Source: an uncultured Desulfarculus sp.
Lineage (GTDB): Bacteria > Desulfobacterota > Desulfarculia > Desulfarculales > Desulfarculaceae
Assembly (NCBI GenBank): GCA_963665125.2
Contig: CAXXUK010000001.1
Coordinates: 384,001 to 448,000, forward strand
DNA: 64,000 nucleotides
Direction: 5' to 3'
Part shown: piece after piece, positions 35,722-45,831 of the stretch
Layout: each line of letters opens with the position of its first letter
How positions within the stretch are numbered: the first letter of the stretch is position 1
The notes under the pieces: model-generated
Told to the model about the DNA's origin: nothing
The model's database searches: none
Seen by the model: the letters and a program-made list of their open reading frames with translations, nothing else
Position numbers and translations under genes: made by a program

Positions 35722-38379
35722 CTAATATGCCTCGGTATACAGGTTGAAGACCTCTTCGGGGTTGCCTGTTTGCCTGGCGTTGAAGATCGATGCCGCGTCG
35801 CCCAGGGCGTGGAAGGCGCAATTCAGCAGCCCATCCTCGGGCACTCCCACTTCCCGCAGGCCCATGGGGTGGCCGATCTGCTTCATCAGGGCCTCCACCG
35901 CGTCGGCCGCGGCCAGGGCGGCGTCCCGGGGCTCCATGTCAAAGGTGTTGACGCCAAGGGCCTGGGCGATCTGCACCAGCTTGTCCGTGGCGTGGTCCAC
36001 GTTGAAGCGCATCACCTTGGGCAGCATGATGCCGCAAGCCGCGCCGTGGGGCACGTTGTAGAGGATGCCCACCGTGTGGGCCATGGCATGGGCCAGGCCG
36101 ACCTGGGCCACGCTGAAGGCCCACCCGGCCATGGTGGAGGCAACCTGCATGTTGGAGCGGGCTTTTTCGTCGCCGGGGTTGGCGATGACCTTGGGCAGGT
36201 TCTCCTTGATCATGCGGATGGCGTGCAGGGCCTGGCCGTCGCAAACCGCGTTGGCCAGGATGCTGGTGCAGGCCTCCACGGCGTGGGTCAGGGCGTCCAT
36301 GGCCGTGGTGGCCGTCAGGCCCTTGGGCAGGCCCACGGTGAAGGCCGGGTCCAGGATGGCCACGTCCGGGGCAATGAACGGATCGACAAGGAAGACCTTG
36401 CGTCCGGCGTTCTGGCTCTTGATAACGGCCACGGTGGTCACTTCGCTGCCCGTGCCCGAGGTGGTGGGCACCACGATGTGCGGCGTCACCGGTCCCTGGA
36501 GGCGCTGGATGGCCACGTGTTCGTTGGCGCTGCCGCCCAGTTCCAGGGTCACCGCCACCACCTTGGCCGTGTCGATGACGCTGCCGCCGCCCACGCTGAC
36601 GATACAGTCGGCGCCGGCCAGGCGGCAGGCGGTCACGGCCGCGTCAACTGTTTGCAGGTCGGTGTCCTGGGCGATGTCGTCGAAGGTCCCGGCATACAGC
36701 GGCCCAAGGGCCTTGCGGGCCTTGGAGGCCAGTCCGGCGTCGCGCACGCCGGGGTCGGTGAGGATCATGGCCCGGCTGGCGCCCAGGCGGGTCACTTCGT
36801 TGATCAGGCCGTTGATGCTGCCGTGGCCCGAGTTGACCTTGGTGGTGCCCTGATAGCTGAACGACGAGGTGTTGGGGTAGTCGAACATGATCTGCAGGCC
36901 CAGGCTGGCCTCGCGGTCGCCGTTGGCCGCCATGGACACCCGCTTGACCTCGGTGTACTCCTCCAGGCCGCCGACGCCGAATTCCCGGCCCACGCCGGAC
37001 TGCTTGTAGCCGCCGAACGGGCAGAAGTCGCCGAAGGAGTGATATTCGTTGACCCACATGGTGCCGGTCTTGACGCCGTGGGCCACCTTTTCGGCCCGGC
37101 TCATGTCCGTGGTGAAGACACCTCCCCCCAACCCGTAGAGCGAATCATTGGCCAAGGCGATGGCCTCTTCATCGGTGTCGAACTTCATCACGCAGACCAC
37201 CGGCCCGAAGATCTCTTCCTGGGCGATGCGCATCTTGTTGTCCACGTCCACGAAGATGGTGGGCTTGTAATAGTAGCCGGCCAGGCCTTCTACCTCGGCC
37301 CGCTCGCCGCCGGTGATGACCCGGGCGCCTTGCTCCTTGCCCAGCTTGACGTAGTTTTCCACCGTGGCCAGTTGCTGCTCGCTGACCAGGGGACCCATCT
37401 GGGAGTTGAAATCGGCCTGATAGCCCACCCGGATGCCCTCGGCCCTGACCTTCATGCGCTCGATGAATTCATCGTAGATGCTCGACTGCACCAAAACCCT
37501 GGTGCCTGATTCGCAGATCTGGCCCTGATGCAGGAAGGTGCCATAGATTGCGTTGTCCACGGCAAAGTCCAAATCCGTGTCGTCCAGGATGATATTGGCC
37601 GACTTGCCTCCCAACTCCAGGGTGACCTTTTTGACCGTGTCGGCGGCCATGCGCATGATGGCGCTGCCCACCTCGGTGCTGCCGGTAAAGGCGATCTTGT
37701 CCACCTCGCGGTGGGTGCACAGCACCTGGCCCAGGGCGGCGCCGGGGCCGGTGATGACGTTGATCACGCCCGCGGGAATGCCGGCGGCCTGGGCGGCCTC
37801 GGCTACGATCAGGGCCGTCAGCGGGGTCTGGGTGGCCGGTTTGAGTACGATTGAGTTGCCCATGGTCACGGCATGGGCGATCTTCCACACGGCCATTTGC
37901 AGGGGGAAGTTCCAGGGGATGATGCCCACGCAAACGCCGATGGGCTCCCGGCGGATGTAGTTGCGGCCGGGGAAGAAGGGGTTGCCGGTGTAGGGGATGT
38001 CCTCATACCAGGGAAAATCATTGGTGGCGGCGTAGGAAAGGTTGCGGCACATGCCCGAAAGGGTGATGGGTTCGTATTTGGTGCGGCCGATTACGCCGCC
38101 GGAGTCCATGGACTCGGTAAGGGCCAGGCGCACGCCCTGGTTGTTGAGGTGATCGGCGAAGTTCATCATCTTTTCGGCGCGCTGGGCCGGCTCCAGGGCG
38201 CTCCACACGCCGCTGTCAAAGGCTTTGCGGGCGGCCATGATCGCCGCCTCGGCATCGGCGACCCCCGCCTGGGCCACGGTGGCGATGGGCAGACCCATGC
38301 CCGGGTCAATGGTCTCGAATTTGGCCCCGTCTTTGGCCTCCACGAATTCGCCATTAATAAACAGCTTGTAATGATCCAC
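35722..38379 (-). CDS. fusion: NAD-dependent non-acylating aldehyde dehydrogenase + iron-containing alcohol dehydrogenase
   Basis: ALDH: IIPWNFP, FTGS, LELGGKS, GQICES, EEIFGPV, PFGGYKQSG. Fe-ADH: GGGSVID, PTTSGTGSE, DALTHAVE, GLAHAMAH, HG. GTG start with GGAGG RBS. Confidence 0.9.
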   Translation of the reverse strand: MDHYKLFINGEFVEAKDGAKFETIDPGMGLPIATVAQAGVADAEAAIMAARKAFDSGVWSALEPAQRAEKMMNFADHLNNQGVRLALTESMDSGGVIGRTKYEPITLSGMCRNLSYAATNDFPWYEDIPYTGNPFFPGRNYIRREPIGVCVGIIPWNFPLQMAVWKIAHAVTMGNSIVLKPATQTPLTALIVAEAAQAAGIPAGVINVITGPGAALGQVLCTHREVDKIAFTGSTEVGSAIMRMAADTVKKVTLELGGKSANIILDDTDLDFAVDNAIYGTFLHQGQICESGTRVLVQSSIYDEFIERMKVRAEGIRVGYQADFNSQMGPLVSEQQLATVENYVKLGKEQGARVITGGERAEVEGLAGYYYKPTIFVDVDNKMRIAQEEIFGPVVCVMKFDTDEEAIALANDSLYGLGGGVFTTDMSRAEKVAHGVKTGTMWVNEYHSFGDFCPFGGYKQSGVGREFGVGGLEEYTEVKRVSMAANGDREASLGLQIMFDYPNTSSFSYQGTTKVNSGHGSINGLINEVTRLGASRAMILTDPGVRDAGLASKARKALGPLYAGTFDDIAQDTDLQTVDAAVTACRLAGADCIVSVGGGSVIDTAKVVAVTLELGGSANEHVAIQRLQGPVTPHIVVPTTSGTGSEVTTVAVIKSQNAGRKVFLVDPFIAPDVAILDPAFTVGLPKGLTATTAMDALTHAVEACTSILANAVCDGQALHAIRMIKENLPKVIANPGDEKARSNMQVASTMAGWAFSVAQVGLAHAMAHTVGILYNVPHGAACGIMLPKVMRFNVDHATDKLVQIAQALGVNTFDMEPRDAALAAADAVEALMKQIGHPMGLREVGVPEDGLLNCAFHALGDAASIFNARQTGNPEEVFNLYTEAY

Positions 38380-38591
38380 TGGAACCTCCCTACGGCTAAA
38401 AATGTGTCAATTTTGGACAGAAGTTGAATTTGCCTGAATTGGTTGAACGGTCTATTAAATGACTATGCAAAATTGGGTTGATATAATTCAAATTAAAAAA
38501 ATTCTAAAAATTAATAACTTTTTGTAATAATGGCGCGGTTGAAAAGGTAATTACGCAACTACGAAACAACACTACGCAGACAAGGATTCTT

Positions 38592-39539
38592 ATGCTTGGG
38601 GTTCGTTCATTAAAGCATGTGGCCACGCTGGCCAAATACGGCAACTACCGGCGGGCTGCCGAAGCCCTCTACATCACCCAGCCCGCTCTGACCAAAAGCA
38701 TCCAAAAATTGGAGGAATATTTCGGTGTACCGCTGTTTGAGCGGGGCGCCGAAGGAACCGTGCCCACGGTCTTCGGCACGACCCTGGTGGACGCCGCCGA
38801 GCGCTATCTGCCGGGCATCGAGGAGGTGGAGAACGAAATCAACCTGCTCAAGGGTCTGGGCAAGGGTCAGCTTAAAATCGGTTGCGACCCTTTTTTCGCG
38901 GAGGTGTGCATGGCTCCGGTCCTTGGCTCGCTGCTTCGCAAACATCCGAATCTACGCATCCGGGCCGAGGTCATCGCCTGGGACGTGATTTTGGAGTTGC
39001 TCAGGGACCGCCAACTGGATCTGGTCATTGGCGCGCCGGAAAACGCCATGGACGACAGGCTGTGCTATGTCAAAGTTATCGGTTTTCCGGAGATCGTCTA
39101 TTTCTGCCGCCCCGGCCATCCCCTTTTGGAAAACGCCCCGGCCGACTGGATGGAGACCCTCAAATACCCGGCGGTTTCCATAAAGACCCATGACTGGTGG
39201 CTTGAATGGTTTGCCGAATCCATAGGCGTCAGTGTGGAAGACGATGTGGTGATCCAGCGAAGTTTTGTCCAATGCGACAATCTAAGTGTGCTCAACACCA
39301 TCGTCAGAAACAGCGATTGCGTCAGCGGCTGCGCCAGGCCGGTGATTGAGCGGGAGTTGGAGGAGGGCACCCTGTGTGAAGTGCCTGCCGATTTGCCGCC
39401 ATATCCGGAGTTGAGCTATTGCCTGGCCTTTCACGGCAACCGCGCCCTGCCGCCGGCATTGCAGGTGCTCATAGATGAACTGATAGCGCATGCGCGGGGA
39501 AATGGCTATGAGATCGACTATGAACACAGCGGCCTATAG
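38592..39539 (+). CDS. LysR family regulator
   Basis: HTH NYRRAAEALYITQPALTKSIQKLEEYFGVPLFER; divergent from the ALDH-ADH gene. Confidence 0.93.
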   Translation: MLGVRSLKHVATLAKYGNYRRAAEALYITQPALTKSIQKLEEYFGVPLFERGAEGTVPTVFGTTLVDAAERYLPGIEEVENEINLLKGLGKGQLKIGCDPFFAEVCMAPVLGSLLRKHPNLRIRAEVIAWDVILELLRDRQLDLVIGAPENAMDDRLCYVKVIGFPEIVYFCRPGHPLLENAPADWMETLKYPAVSIKTHDWWLEWFAESIGVSVEDDVVIQRSFVQCDNLSVLNTIVRNSDCVSGCARPVIERELEEGTLCEVPADLPPYPELSYCLAFHGNRALPPALQVLIDELIAHARGNGYEIDYEHSGL

Positions 39540-39672
39540 ACGGCAAATCGGTTTGGCCGGACTTGGTTGATTGATTTTGCCGCAAGGGATGAAGCGGGAC
39601 GGGAAATGCTCTATCGGGGTGTGTTATCGTGGGGCGGTTGGTTATCCGAGAACCTGACGGGAGAGGGGTGTC

Positions 39673-40641
39673 ATGGCTAAATCAGGGGGCAAGGGACTTT
39701 GGACCAAGATCGTATTATTCCTGGTTTTGGTTTTGATCGCGGCGGGCATAGCGGCGTATTGGCTGGCCCCGAACATGGAGCAAAAAGACATCGACCAACT
39801 CCGGGCAAACCTGCCGGGCAAGTCGGCCAAGCTCAGCGACGGCTACACCTGGTACCAGTGGGCCGGGCCGCCCGACGGGCCGCCCGTGGTTATGGTCCAC
39901 GGTTTTTCCACGCCTTCGTTCATCTGGCTAAAAAACGTCGGCGCCTTGGCAAAGGCGGGTTTCCATGTGCTGTTCTATGACCTCTATGGCCGGGGGCGTT
40001 CATCAAGACCCGATGTGGCCTATGATGTCGACCTGTTCGACCGCCAATTGGATGAGCTGATCAAGGACCAGGGCATAGACAAACCGGTAAACCTCGTGGG
40101 GCTTTCCATGGGCGGGGCCATCTCAACCATCTATGCGGCCAAGCGGCCGGACAAGGTGGCCAGCCTGAGCCTGGTGGACCCGGCGGGATACCCGGTGGTG
40201 GTGCCGTTCACCGGCAAGTTGGTGCGGGTGCCAGGCCTGGGCGAATACCTGATGACGGTAATCGGCGACACGACGCTGGTGCAGGGTGCGGGCAAGTCGC
40301 TGTACAACAAGGACATGGTGCCGGAAATGCGCCAGATGTTCAAGGATCAGATGCAATACTATGGTTTCAAGCGCGCCATCCTGCGCACCCTGCGTGATTA
40401 TGATTTTTCGAACCAGGCCTGGGCCTTCGAGGCGGTGGGCAAGACCAAGATTCCGGTGCTGCTGTTCTGGGGCGAGGAAGATCAGGTCATACCCTATGAC
40501 CGCAGCGAAAAGGTGCGCTCAGCCATACCCCAGACCAAATTCGTCTCAGTGGCCGGGGCCGGTCATATCCCCCAATACGAAAAGCCCGATGTGGTCAACC
40601 CGGCCCTGATCGCCTTTATCGAGGAGGCGGAAAAGCGCTAG
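39673..40641 (+). CDS. membrane-anchored alpha/beta hydrolase (esterase/lipase-like)
   Basis: N-terminal TM helix, VHGF, DLYGRGRS, GLSMG nucleophile elbow, WGEED, AGH. Confidence 0.88.
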   Translation: MAKSGGKGLWTKIVLFLVLVLIAAGIAAYWLAPNMEQKDIDQLRANLPGKSAKLSDGYTWYQWAGPPDGPPVVMVHGFSTPSFIWLKNVGALAKAGFHVLFYDLYGRGRSSRPDVAYDVDLFDRQLDELIKDQGIDKPVNLVGLSMGGAISTIYAAKRPDKVASLSLVDPAGYPVVVPFTGKLVRVPGLGEYLMTVIGDTTLVQGAGKSLYNKDMVPEMRQMFKDQMQYYGFKRAILRTLRDYDFSNQAWAFEAVGKTKIPVLLFWGEEDQVIPYDRSEKVRSAIPQTKFVSVAGAGHIPQYEKPDVVNPALIAFIEEAEKR

Positions 40642-40809
40642 CCGTTGGCGTGTGGGGCCCGGAAGGCTACAAAACATAGTTAATAAAACAGAACGCTGTT
40701 CGTTATTTTGTGGAATATGGCGCCCCAGCGTTGATACAATCGCCTTGGATGATGCGCGGCAGCGCAATGCGGCAGCATAAATAGTATCAATGACTGACAG
40801 GAGGGCTGT

Positions 40810-42090
40810 ATGTCATTCCACGATTTTCTGCTGGACCCGGTGGCCAAGGCCCTGGCGGACGAGACCCGTGAATTTGTCAAAAACGATATAGACGCCGATT
40901 ACCTGCGGGCCATGGACCGGGACGAGGTCCAGTTCCCCCGGGAGATCTATGAGCAATACGGCAAGAAAAATCTCCTGGGCATCCGCTTTCCCAAGGAGTA
41001 CGGCGGCAGGGGCCTCAACTGGGTGGCCGACATCGCCGCCCAGGCCGAGATCGGCTGCCTGGGTTCGGCCCTGGGCTGCGCCTTTGTCATGCCCAGCATT
41101 GTCGGCGAGGCCCTGAACAAGTTCGGCACCGAGGAGCAGAAGCAAAAATTCCTCAAGCCCATGCTGGCCGGTGAACTGGTTAGCGCCGAGGCCCTCACCG
41201 AACCCAGGGGCGGCTCGGACTTTTTCGGGGCCACCAGCAAGGCCGAAGACAAGGGCGACCACTTCCTGGTAAACGGGGCCAAGCGTTTCGTGGTGGGCGC
41301 CGAGGGCGCGGATTTCTTCCTGGTCTACGCGCGCAGCAACTTCGCGCCCGACGCCGACCCGTATCAGCAGATCAGCACATTGATCATCGAGCGGGGGCCT
41401 GGCGTGGAGGTCAGCTACCTCTATGGCCTGCTGGGCTCCCGGGGCGGCGGCACCGGCCGGGTCACCTTCCGCAACGTCAAGGTGCCCAAGGAAAACCTGG
41501 TGGGGCCGCTGCACGGCGGGGCCCTGGTCTTCCATACGATGATGGTGCCCGAGCGCCTGTGCAGCGCGGCCCCGGCCATCGGCGGCATGCGCGCGGCCAT
41601 CAACGTTGCGGCCCGCTACTCCAGCCGGCGCAAGGCCTTTGGTAAAAAAATCATGAAATTCCAGGCCGTCAACGGAATGCTGGCCAGGGCCGTGACCCTG
41701 ATGGACGCCAGCGCCGGGCTGGTCTATCAGGCGGCCATAGCCGCCGACCGCGACGAGCCCACCCTGCGCCGTGTGGTCAGCGAGGCCAAGCGCTTCGCCA
41801 CCGACAGCCAGTGGGAAATTGCCAACCTGGCCATGCAGATCATGGGCGGCATCGGCTACACCGACATCTTCCCGGTGGAGAAATTCGTGCGCGACGCCCG
41901 GCTCTGCCAGATCTGGACCGGCACCAATCAGATCATGGACCTGCTGATTCAGCACGAGTTCTACAAGGAGGTCCTGGGTGAGGGGGCCAAATACCGCGAT
42001 TACGAGGGCGACGCCATGAACGCCCAGGACGACCAGGAAAAGATTTTCGACGACGAGCAGATGTGGAAGGTCTTCGAGCAGGCCAAATAG
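40810..42090 (+). CDS. acyl-CoA dehydrogenase
   Basis: FPKEYGG, ALTEPRGGSD, NGAKRFV, R.AFGK.I, QIMGGIGY, RDARL..IWTGT. Confidence 0.93.
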   Translation: MSFHDFLLDPVAKALADETREFVKNDIDADYLRAMDRDEVQFPREIYEQYGKKNLLGIRFPKEYGGRGLNWVADIAAQAEIGCLGSALGCAFVMPSIVGEALNKFGTEEQKQKFLKPMLAGELVSAEALTEPRGGSDFFGATSKAEDKGDHFLVNGAKRFVVGAEGADFFLVYARSNFAPDADPYQQISTLIIERGPGVEVSYLYGLLGSRGGGTGRVTFRNVKVPKENLVGPLHGGALVFHTMMVPERLCSAAPAIGGMRAAINVAARYSSRRKAFGKKIMKFQAVNGMLARAVTLMDASAGLVYQAAIAADRDEPTLRRVVSEAKRFATDSQWEIANLAMQIMGGIGYTDIFPVEKFVRDARLCQIWTGTNQIMDLLIQHEFYKEVLGEGAKYRDYEGDAMNAQDDQEKIFDDEQMWKVFEQAK

Positions 42091-42116
42091 CCCGTCCCGG
42101 AACACCGGCGGCAAAC

Positions 42117-42151
42117 AAGGCGAAAGGGAGGCTCAATCCCTTTCGCTTTTC
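42117..42151 (+). terminator. intrinsic terminator
   Basis: AAGGCGAAAGGGA-GGCTCAA-TCCCTTTCGCTTTT. Confidence 0.75.
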
Positions 42152-42216
42152 TGCTATATTGACCATAAGCAATATTATGTCATCGAAATGTTTTCACCAT
42201 TTGGAGGAGACAAGCC

Positions 42217-42455
42217 ATGAAAAAACTCGCTTTTGCCGCCTACACCATTGGCTGTCTGATCGTTGGAGGCTTTTGTTTCACGGCCGCAGCTATGCCTATG
42301 GGCAATACAGCACCCAGTATTACAGGGTGCACGATTTGGGCGCCCCGACCGGTTACAGAGCTACCTTTGGCGTTGATTTTATAAACGGCGTCACAAAAAA
42401 AGATGTTGCTGTCGATTGGAAAAGCAACGAAAATTTCATCGTTTACATCAAATGA
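42217..42455 (+). pseudogene. small secreted protein gene with a probable 1-nt frameshift
   Basis: GGAGGA RBS, ATG 42217 MKKLAFAAYTIGCLIVGGF. Adding one T in the 42271-42278 T-tract continues as LFHGRSYA-YGQYSTQYY...FIVYIK to the stop at 42455. The span is 239 nt (3n-1). Confidence 0.5.
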
Positions 42456-42551
42456 TCTTGCCGGTGGTAAAAATGTTCGCAGCGCCGCCCGGTTTCCCAA
42501 CGAGGCGGCGCTCTGCTAGAATCGCCCAAAGAAATACCTGGGAATTACGAT

Positions 42552-43784
42552 TTGCCGCGCAAACAGCTGAACAGCATCCTGATCAAACCGGCAGGGCCGG
42601 ACTGCAACATGGCCTGCGAATATTGCTTTTACAGCGCCAAGGCGGCCATGTTCGGCGACGGGCCGCGTCACAGGATGAGCACCGAGACCCTGGAAGAGCT
42701 GATCCGCCAGGTCATGAGCCAATCCGGCCCGGAGGTCTCCCTGGGCTGGCAGGGCGGCGAACCCACCTTGATGGGCCTGGATTTCTTCCAAAAGGCCGTG
42801 GACCTGGAGCAGGAACATGGCCAAGGCCAGACCGTGGGCAACGGCCTGCAGACCAACGGCCTGCTGCTGGACAAGGATTGGGCCCGTTTTTTAGGCCAAT
42901 ACAACTTTCTGGTTGGCCTGAGCCTCGACGGGCCCGAGCATGTGCACGACCACTACCGCCGCCTGGCCGGGGGAGGGCCGTCCTGGGCCATGGTCTCCGA
43001 CCGGGCCAAGCTGCTGTTGGACGGGGGCGTGGCCGTCAACGCTCTGGCCGTGGTCAATGACTATTCCGTAGCCCACGCCGCCGAGATATATGAATATTTC
43101 AAGGAACTGGGGCTGATCCACATGCAGTTCATCCCCTGCGTGGAAACCGGCCCGGACGGCCGCGCCGCGCCTTTTTCCGTATCCGCCGAGGCCTACGGCC
43201 AGTTCTTGTGCACCATCTACGACCTGTGGCGGGCCGACTTCAAAGACGGACTGGCCTTCACATCCGTACGCTTTTTCGACTCGGTGTTCTACATGTACAT
43301 GAGCATGGATGCGCCGGAGTGCCTGTTCCACAAGGAGTGCGGGCCGTATGTGGTGGTGGAGCACAACGGCGACGTGTATTCCTGCGACTTTTTCGTGGAG
43401 CCGGGCTGGCGGCTGGGCAACATCACCCAGGGCAGGCTCATCGACATGCTCAACAGCGGCCTGCAAACCAGATTCGGCAGACAAAAAGCCGACCTGCCCG
43501 GGCCGTGCCGCAAGTGCGAGTGGCTAAGGTATTGCCGGGGCGGCTGCCTCAAGGACCGCCTGCGCGATCCGGCCGACCACGGCATGAACCACTTTTGCGC
43601 CGGCATGAAGATGTTTTTCCGGCACGCTGACGCGGACCTGCGAGAGCTTGCCCGGCAGTGGCGGGCCGGGATGGCCGAGGCGGAGATGCGGGAATCCGAT
43701 CTCCAGCCCCAAGGCAAGGTCGGCCGCAACGATCCATGCCCCTGCGGCAGCGGTAAAAAATACAAAAAATGCTGCGGCTCCTAG
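42552..43784 (+). CDS. anaerobic sulfatase-maturating enzyme family radical SAM/SPASM protein with C-terminal SEC-C motif
   Basis: [46 protein letters not shown], Cxx[24 protein letters not shown]. Confidence 0.9.
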   Translation: MPRKQLNSILIKPAGPDCNMACEYCFYSAKAAMFGDGPRHRMSTETLEELIRQVMSQSGPEVSLGWQGGEPTLMGLDFFQKAVDLEQEHGQGQTVGNGLQTNGLLLDKDWARFLGQYNFLVGLSLDGPEHVHDHYRRLAGGGPSWAMVSDRAKLLLDGGVAVNALAVVNDYSVAHAAEIYEYFKELGLIHMQFIPCVETGPDGRAAPFSVSAEAYGQFLCTIYDLWRADFKDGLAFTSVRFFDSVFYMYMSMDAPECLFHKECGPYVVVEHNGDVYSCDFFVEPGWRLGNITQGRLIDMLNSGLQTRFGRQKADLPGPCRKCEWLRYCRGGCLKDRLRDPADHGMNHFCAGMKMFFRHADADLRELARQWRAGMAEAEMRESDLQPQGKVGRNDPCPCGSGKKYKKCCGS

Positions 43785-43881
43785 GGGACTCCCAAAAAAT
43801 CCTGAAAATTAATATGCCGGCATTTATTATCATATCGTCAAGTAAAACAAACAGATAAATCTGATTGCTTCCACAGGATGC

Positions 43882-43913
43882 CAAGCCGACAGGGAGGCGT
43901 CTGTCGGTTTGTT
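43882..43913 (+). terminator. stem-loop downstream of the radical SAM gene
   Basis: CAAGCCGACAG-GGAGGCGT-CTGTCGGTTTG-TT. Confidence 0.5.
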
Positions 43914-44089
43914 GCAAGCTTGTGAAAAGGTGAATTTATTTTTAATGAACGGCGCTCATTTTTGGGTATAAAATAAGACAAAACAATGTTTACAAAGGAG
44001 GGGTGATAGACAATCAACTTAGGGTGCCAATTTGCCAACATCCTCGATAACACAAAACAAGACCCCGTGTCTTGGGAGGTTTGGGTATC

Positions 44090-45700
44090 ATGGTCGATAA
44101 ATCGGTGTATTTCGATGTACTCTCACCGGTAAAATTTTTGCCCCGTTCAGCAGCCATTTTCCCCGAAAAAACAGCAATAGTTCATGGCCTGAAGAGGTTT
44201 ACATACCAGGAGTTCGCCCAAAGAGTCTACCGGTTGGGCAGCGCCCTGAAAAATCTGGGGATCGGCAAGGGCGACAAAGTGGCGTTTCTCTGCCCCAATA
44301 TTCCGCCCATGCTCGAAGCCCACAACGCCGTGCCGATGATCGGGGCTGCATTGGTGAGCATCAACACCAGGCTTTCACCCCAGGAAATCGCCTATATAGT
44401 CAACCACAGCGACGCCAAAGCCTTGTTCGTGGACAACGAATTGGCACCCCAGATTCTGCCGGTTTTAAATGAAATCAAGGCCGTGCGCAGGCTTATCAAT
44501 ATTTGCGACATCGACGATTCAAGGCCCCTGGACGGGCCCAGCTACGAGGAATTTCTGGCCACCGGGTCGGAAGAACCGCTGGATATCGAAGTGGACGATG
44601 AATATCAGGTGGCGACGATCAACTACACCAGCGGCACCACCGGCAAGCCCAAGGGCGTGATGTACCATCACCGGGGGGCCTACCTCAACGCCATCGGCGA
44701 GATGATCGAGGCCAAGCTGCACAATCATTCGGTGTATCTTTGGACCCTGCCCATGTTCCACTGCAACGGCTGGTGCTTTACCTGGGGCGTAACAGCCGCG
44801 GCCGGAACCCATGTCTGCCTGCGCAAGGTCGTGCCCGAGGAGATTTACGGCCTCATCGAAGAGGAAGGCGTGACCAATCTCTGCGCCGCGCCCACGGTAT
44901 TGGTTTCCATGTCGGTCTATCCCAAGGCGTCGGAAGTTAAAATGAAGGTGCCCCTGGATATCATGACTGCCGGAGCGCCGCCGGCCCCTGCCATCATCCA
45001 GAACATGGAGGCCATCGGCGCCAACGTGACCCAGACCTACGGCCTCACCGAGGTCTTCGGCCCCCATAGTATCTGCGCCTGGCAGACAAAATGGGACAAC
45101 CTCTCCCCGGCCGAGCGCGCATCGTTCAAGGCCCGCCAGGGCGTGCCCTACACCACGGCGCTGTACATGGACGTGGTGGACCAGCTGAACATGGAGCCCG
45201 TGCCCCATGACGGCAAGACCATCGGCGAGATCATCATGCGCGGCAACAACGTCATGCTGGGCTACTACAAAGACCCCGAAGCTTCGGCCGAGGCCTTCCG
45301 GGGCGGCTGGTTCCACAGCGGAGATCTGGCCGTGGTGCACCCCGACGGCTACGTGCAGATCATGGACCGCTCCAAGGACATCATCATCAGCGGCGGCGAG
45401 AACATCTCCACCGTGGAGGTGGAAAACACCCTCTATGGCCATCCGGACGTGCTGGAGGTGGCGGTTATCGCCGTGCCCGATGAAAAATGGGGCGAGGTGC
45501 CCAAGGCCTATGTGACGCCCAAGGAAGGAACCAACCCCACGCCCGAGGATCTTATCGCCTTCTGCCGGGAGCGCTTGGCCCGCTTCAAGGCGCCCAAACA
45601 TATCGAGTTCGGCTCGCTGCCCAAGACGGCCACGGGCAAGATCCAGAAATTCAAGCTGCGTGAAGAGGCCTGGAAGGGCCGGGACAAAAAGGTGCAGTAA
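44090..45700 (+). CDS. acyl-CoA synthetase (AMP-binding)
   Basis: YTSGTTGKPKG, LPMFHCNGW, YGLTE, WFHSGD, DRSKDIIISGGEN, PKTATGK. Confidence 0.94.
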   Translation: MVDKSVYFDVLSPVKFLPRSAAIFPEKTAIVHGLKRFTYQEFAQRVYRLGSALKNLGIGKGDKVAFLCPNIPPMLEAHNAVPMIGAALVSINTRLSPQEIAYIVNHSDAKALFVDNELAPQILPVLNEIKAVRRLINICDIDDSRPLDGPSYEEFLATGSEEPLDIEVDDEYQVATINYTSGTTGKPKGVMYHHRGAYLNAIGEMIEAKLHNHSVYLWTLPMFHCNGWCFTWGVTAAAGTHVCLRKVVPEEIYGLIEEEGVTNLCAAPTVLVSMSVYPKASEVKMKVPLDIMTAGAPPAPAIIQNMEAIGANVTQTYGLTEVFGPHSICAWQTKWDNLSPAERASFKARQGVPYTTALYMDVVDQLNMEPVPHDGKTIGEIIMRGNNVMLGYYKDPEASAEAFRGGWFHSGDLAVVHPDGYVQIMDRSKDIIISGGENISTVEVENTLYGHPDVLEVAVIAVPDEKWGEVPKAYVTPKEGTNPTPEDLIAFCRERLARFKAPKHIEFGSLPKTATGKIQKFKLREEAWKGRDKKVQ

Positions 45701-45741
45701 CTACCGCGAACAATAATCGTTGGCCCCGTCTTCATCAAAAG

Positions 45742-45779
45742 GGCTGTTGAAAAAGTCCGGCCGGGACTTTTCAACGGCC
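45742..45779. repeat. palindrome between convergent genes (terminator or mini-element/IS-end remnant)
   Basis: GGCTGTTGAAAAAGTCC-GGCCG-GGACTTTTCAACGGCC. Confidence 0.5.
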
Positions 45780-45831
45780 TGCATGAGGGCGGGGTTGTTT
45801 TTGGGCTATAGGGCCTCCCGGCAAACGCGGA

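Noticed and set aside
35722..38379. Calling the fusion adhE
   Set aside because: The ALDH half has classical non-acylating motifs (LELGGKS, EEIFGPV, PFGGYKQSG), not the acylating type
42217..43784. RiPP cluster (small peptide plus SPASM radical SAM)
   Set aside because: The enzyme has anSME-type motifs and no evident RRE; the small ORF looks like a Sec-exported protein; no transporter or protease is adjacent
44010..44031. TTGGCAC on the minus strand as a sigma54 promoter (also near 47690)
   Set aside because: No GC at the -12 position (fails GG-N10-GC); the 44010 site also points away from the downstream gene
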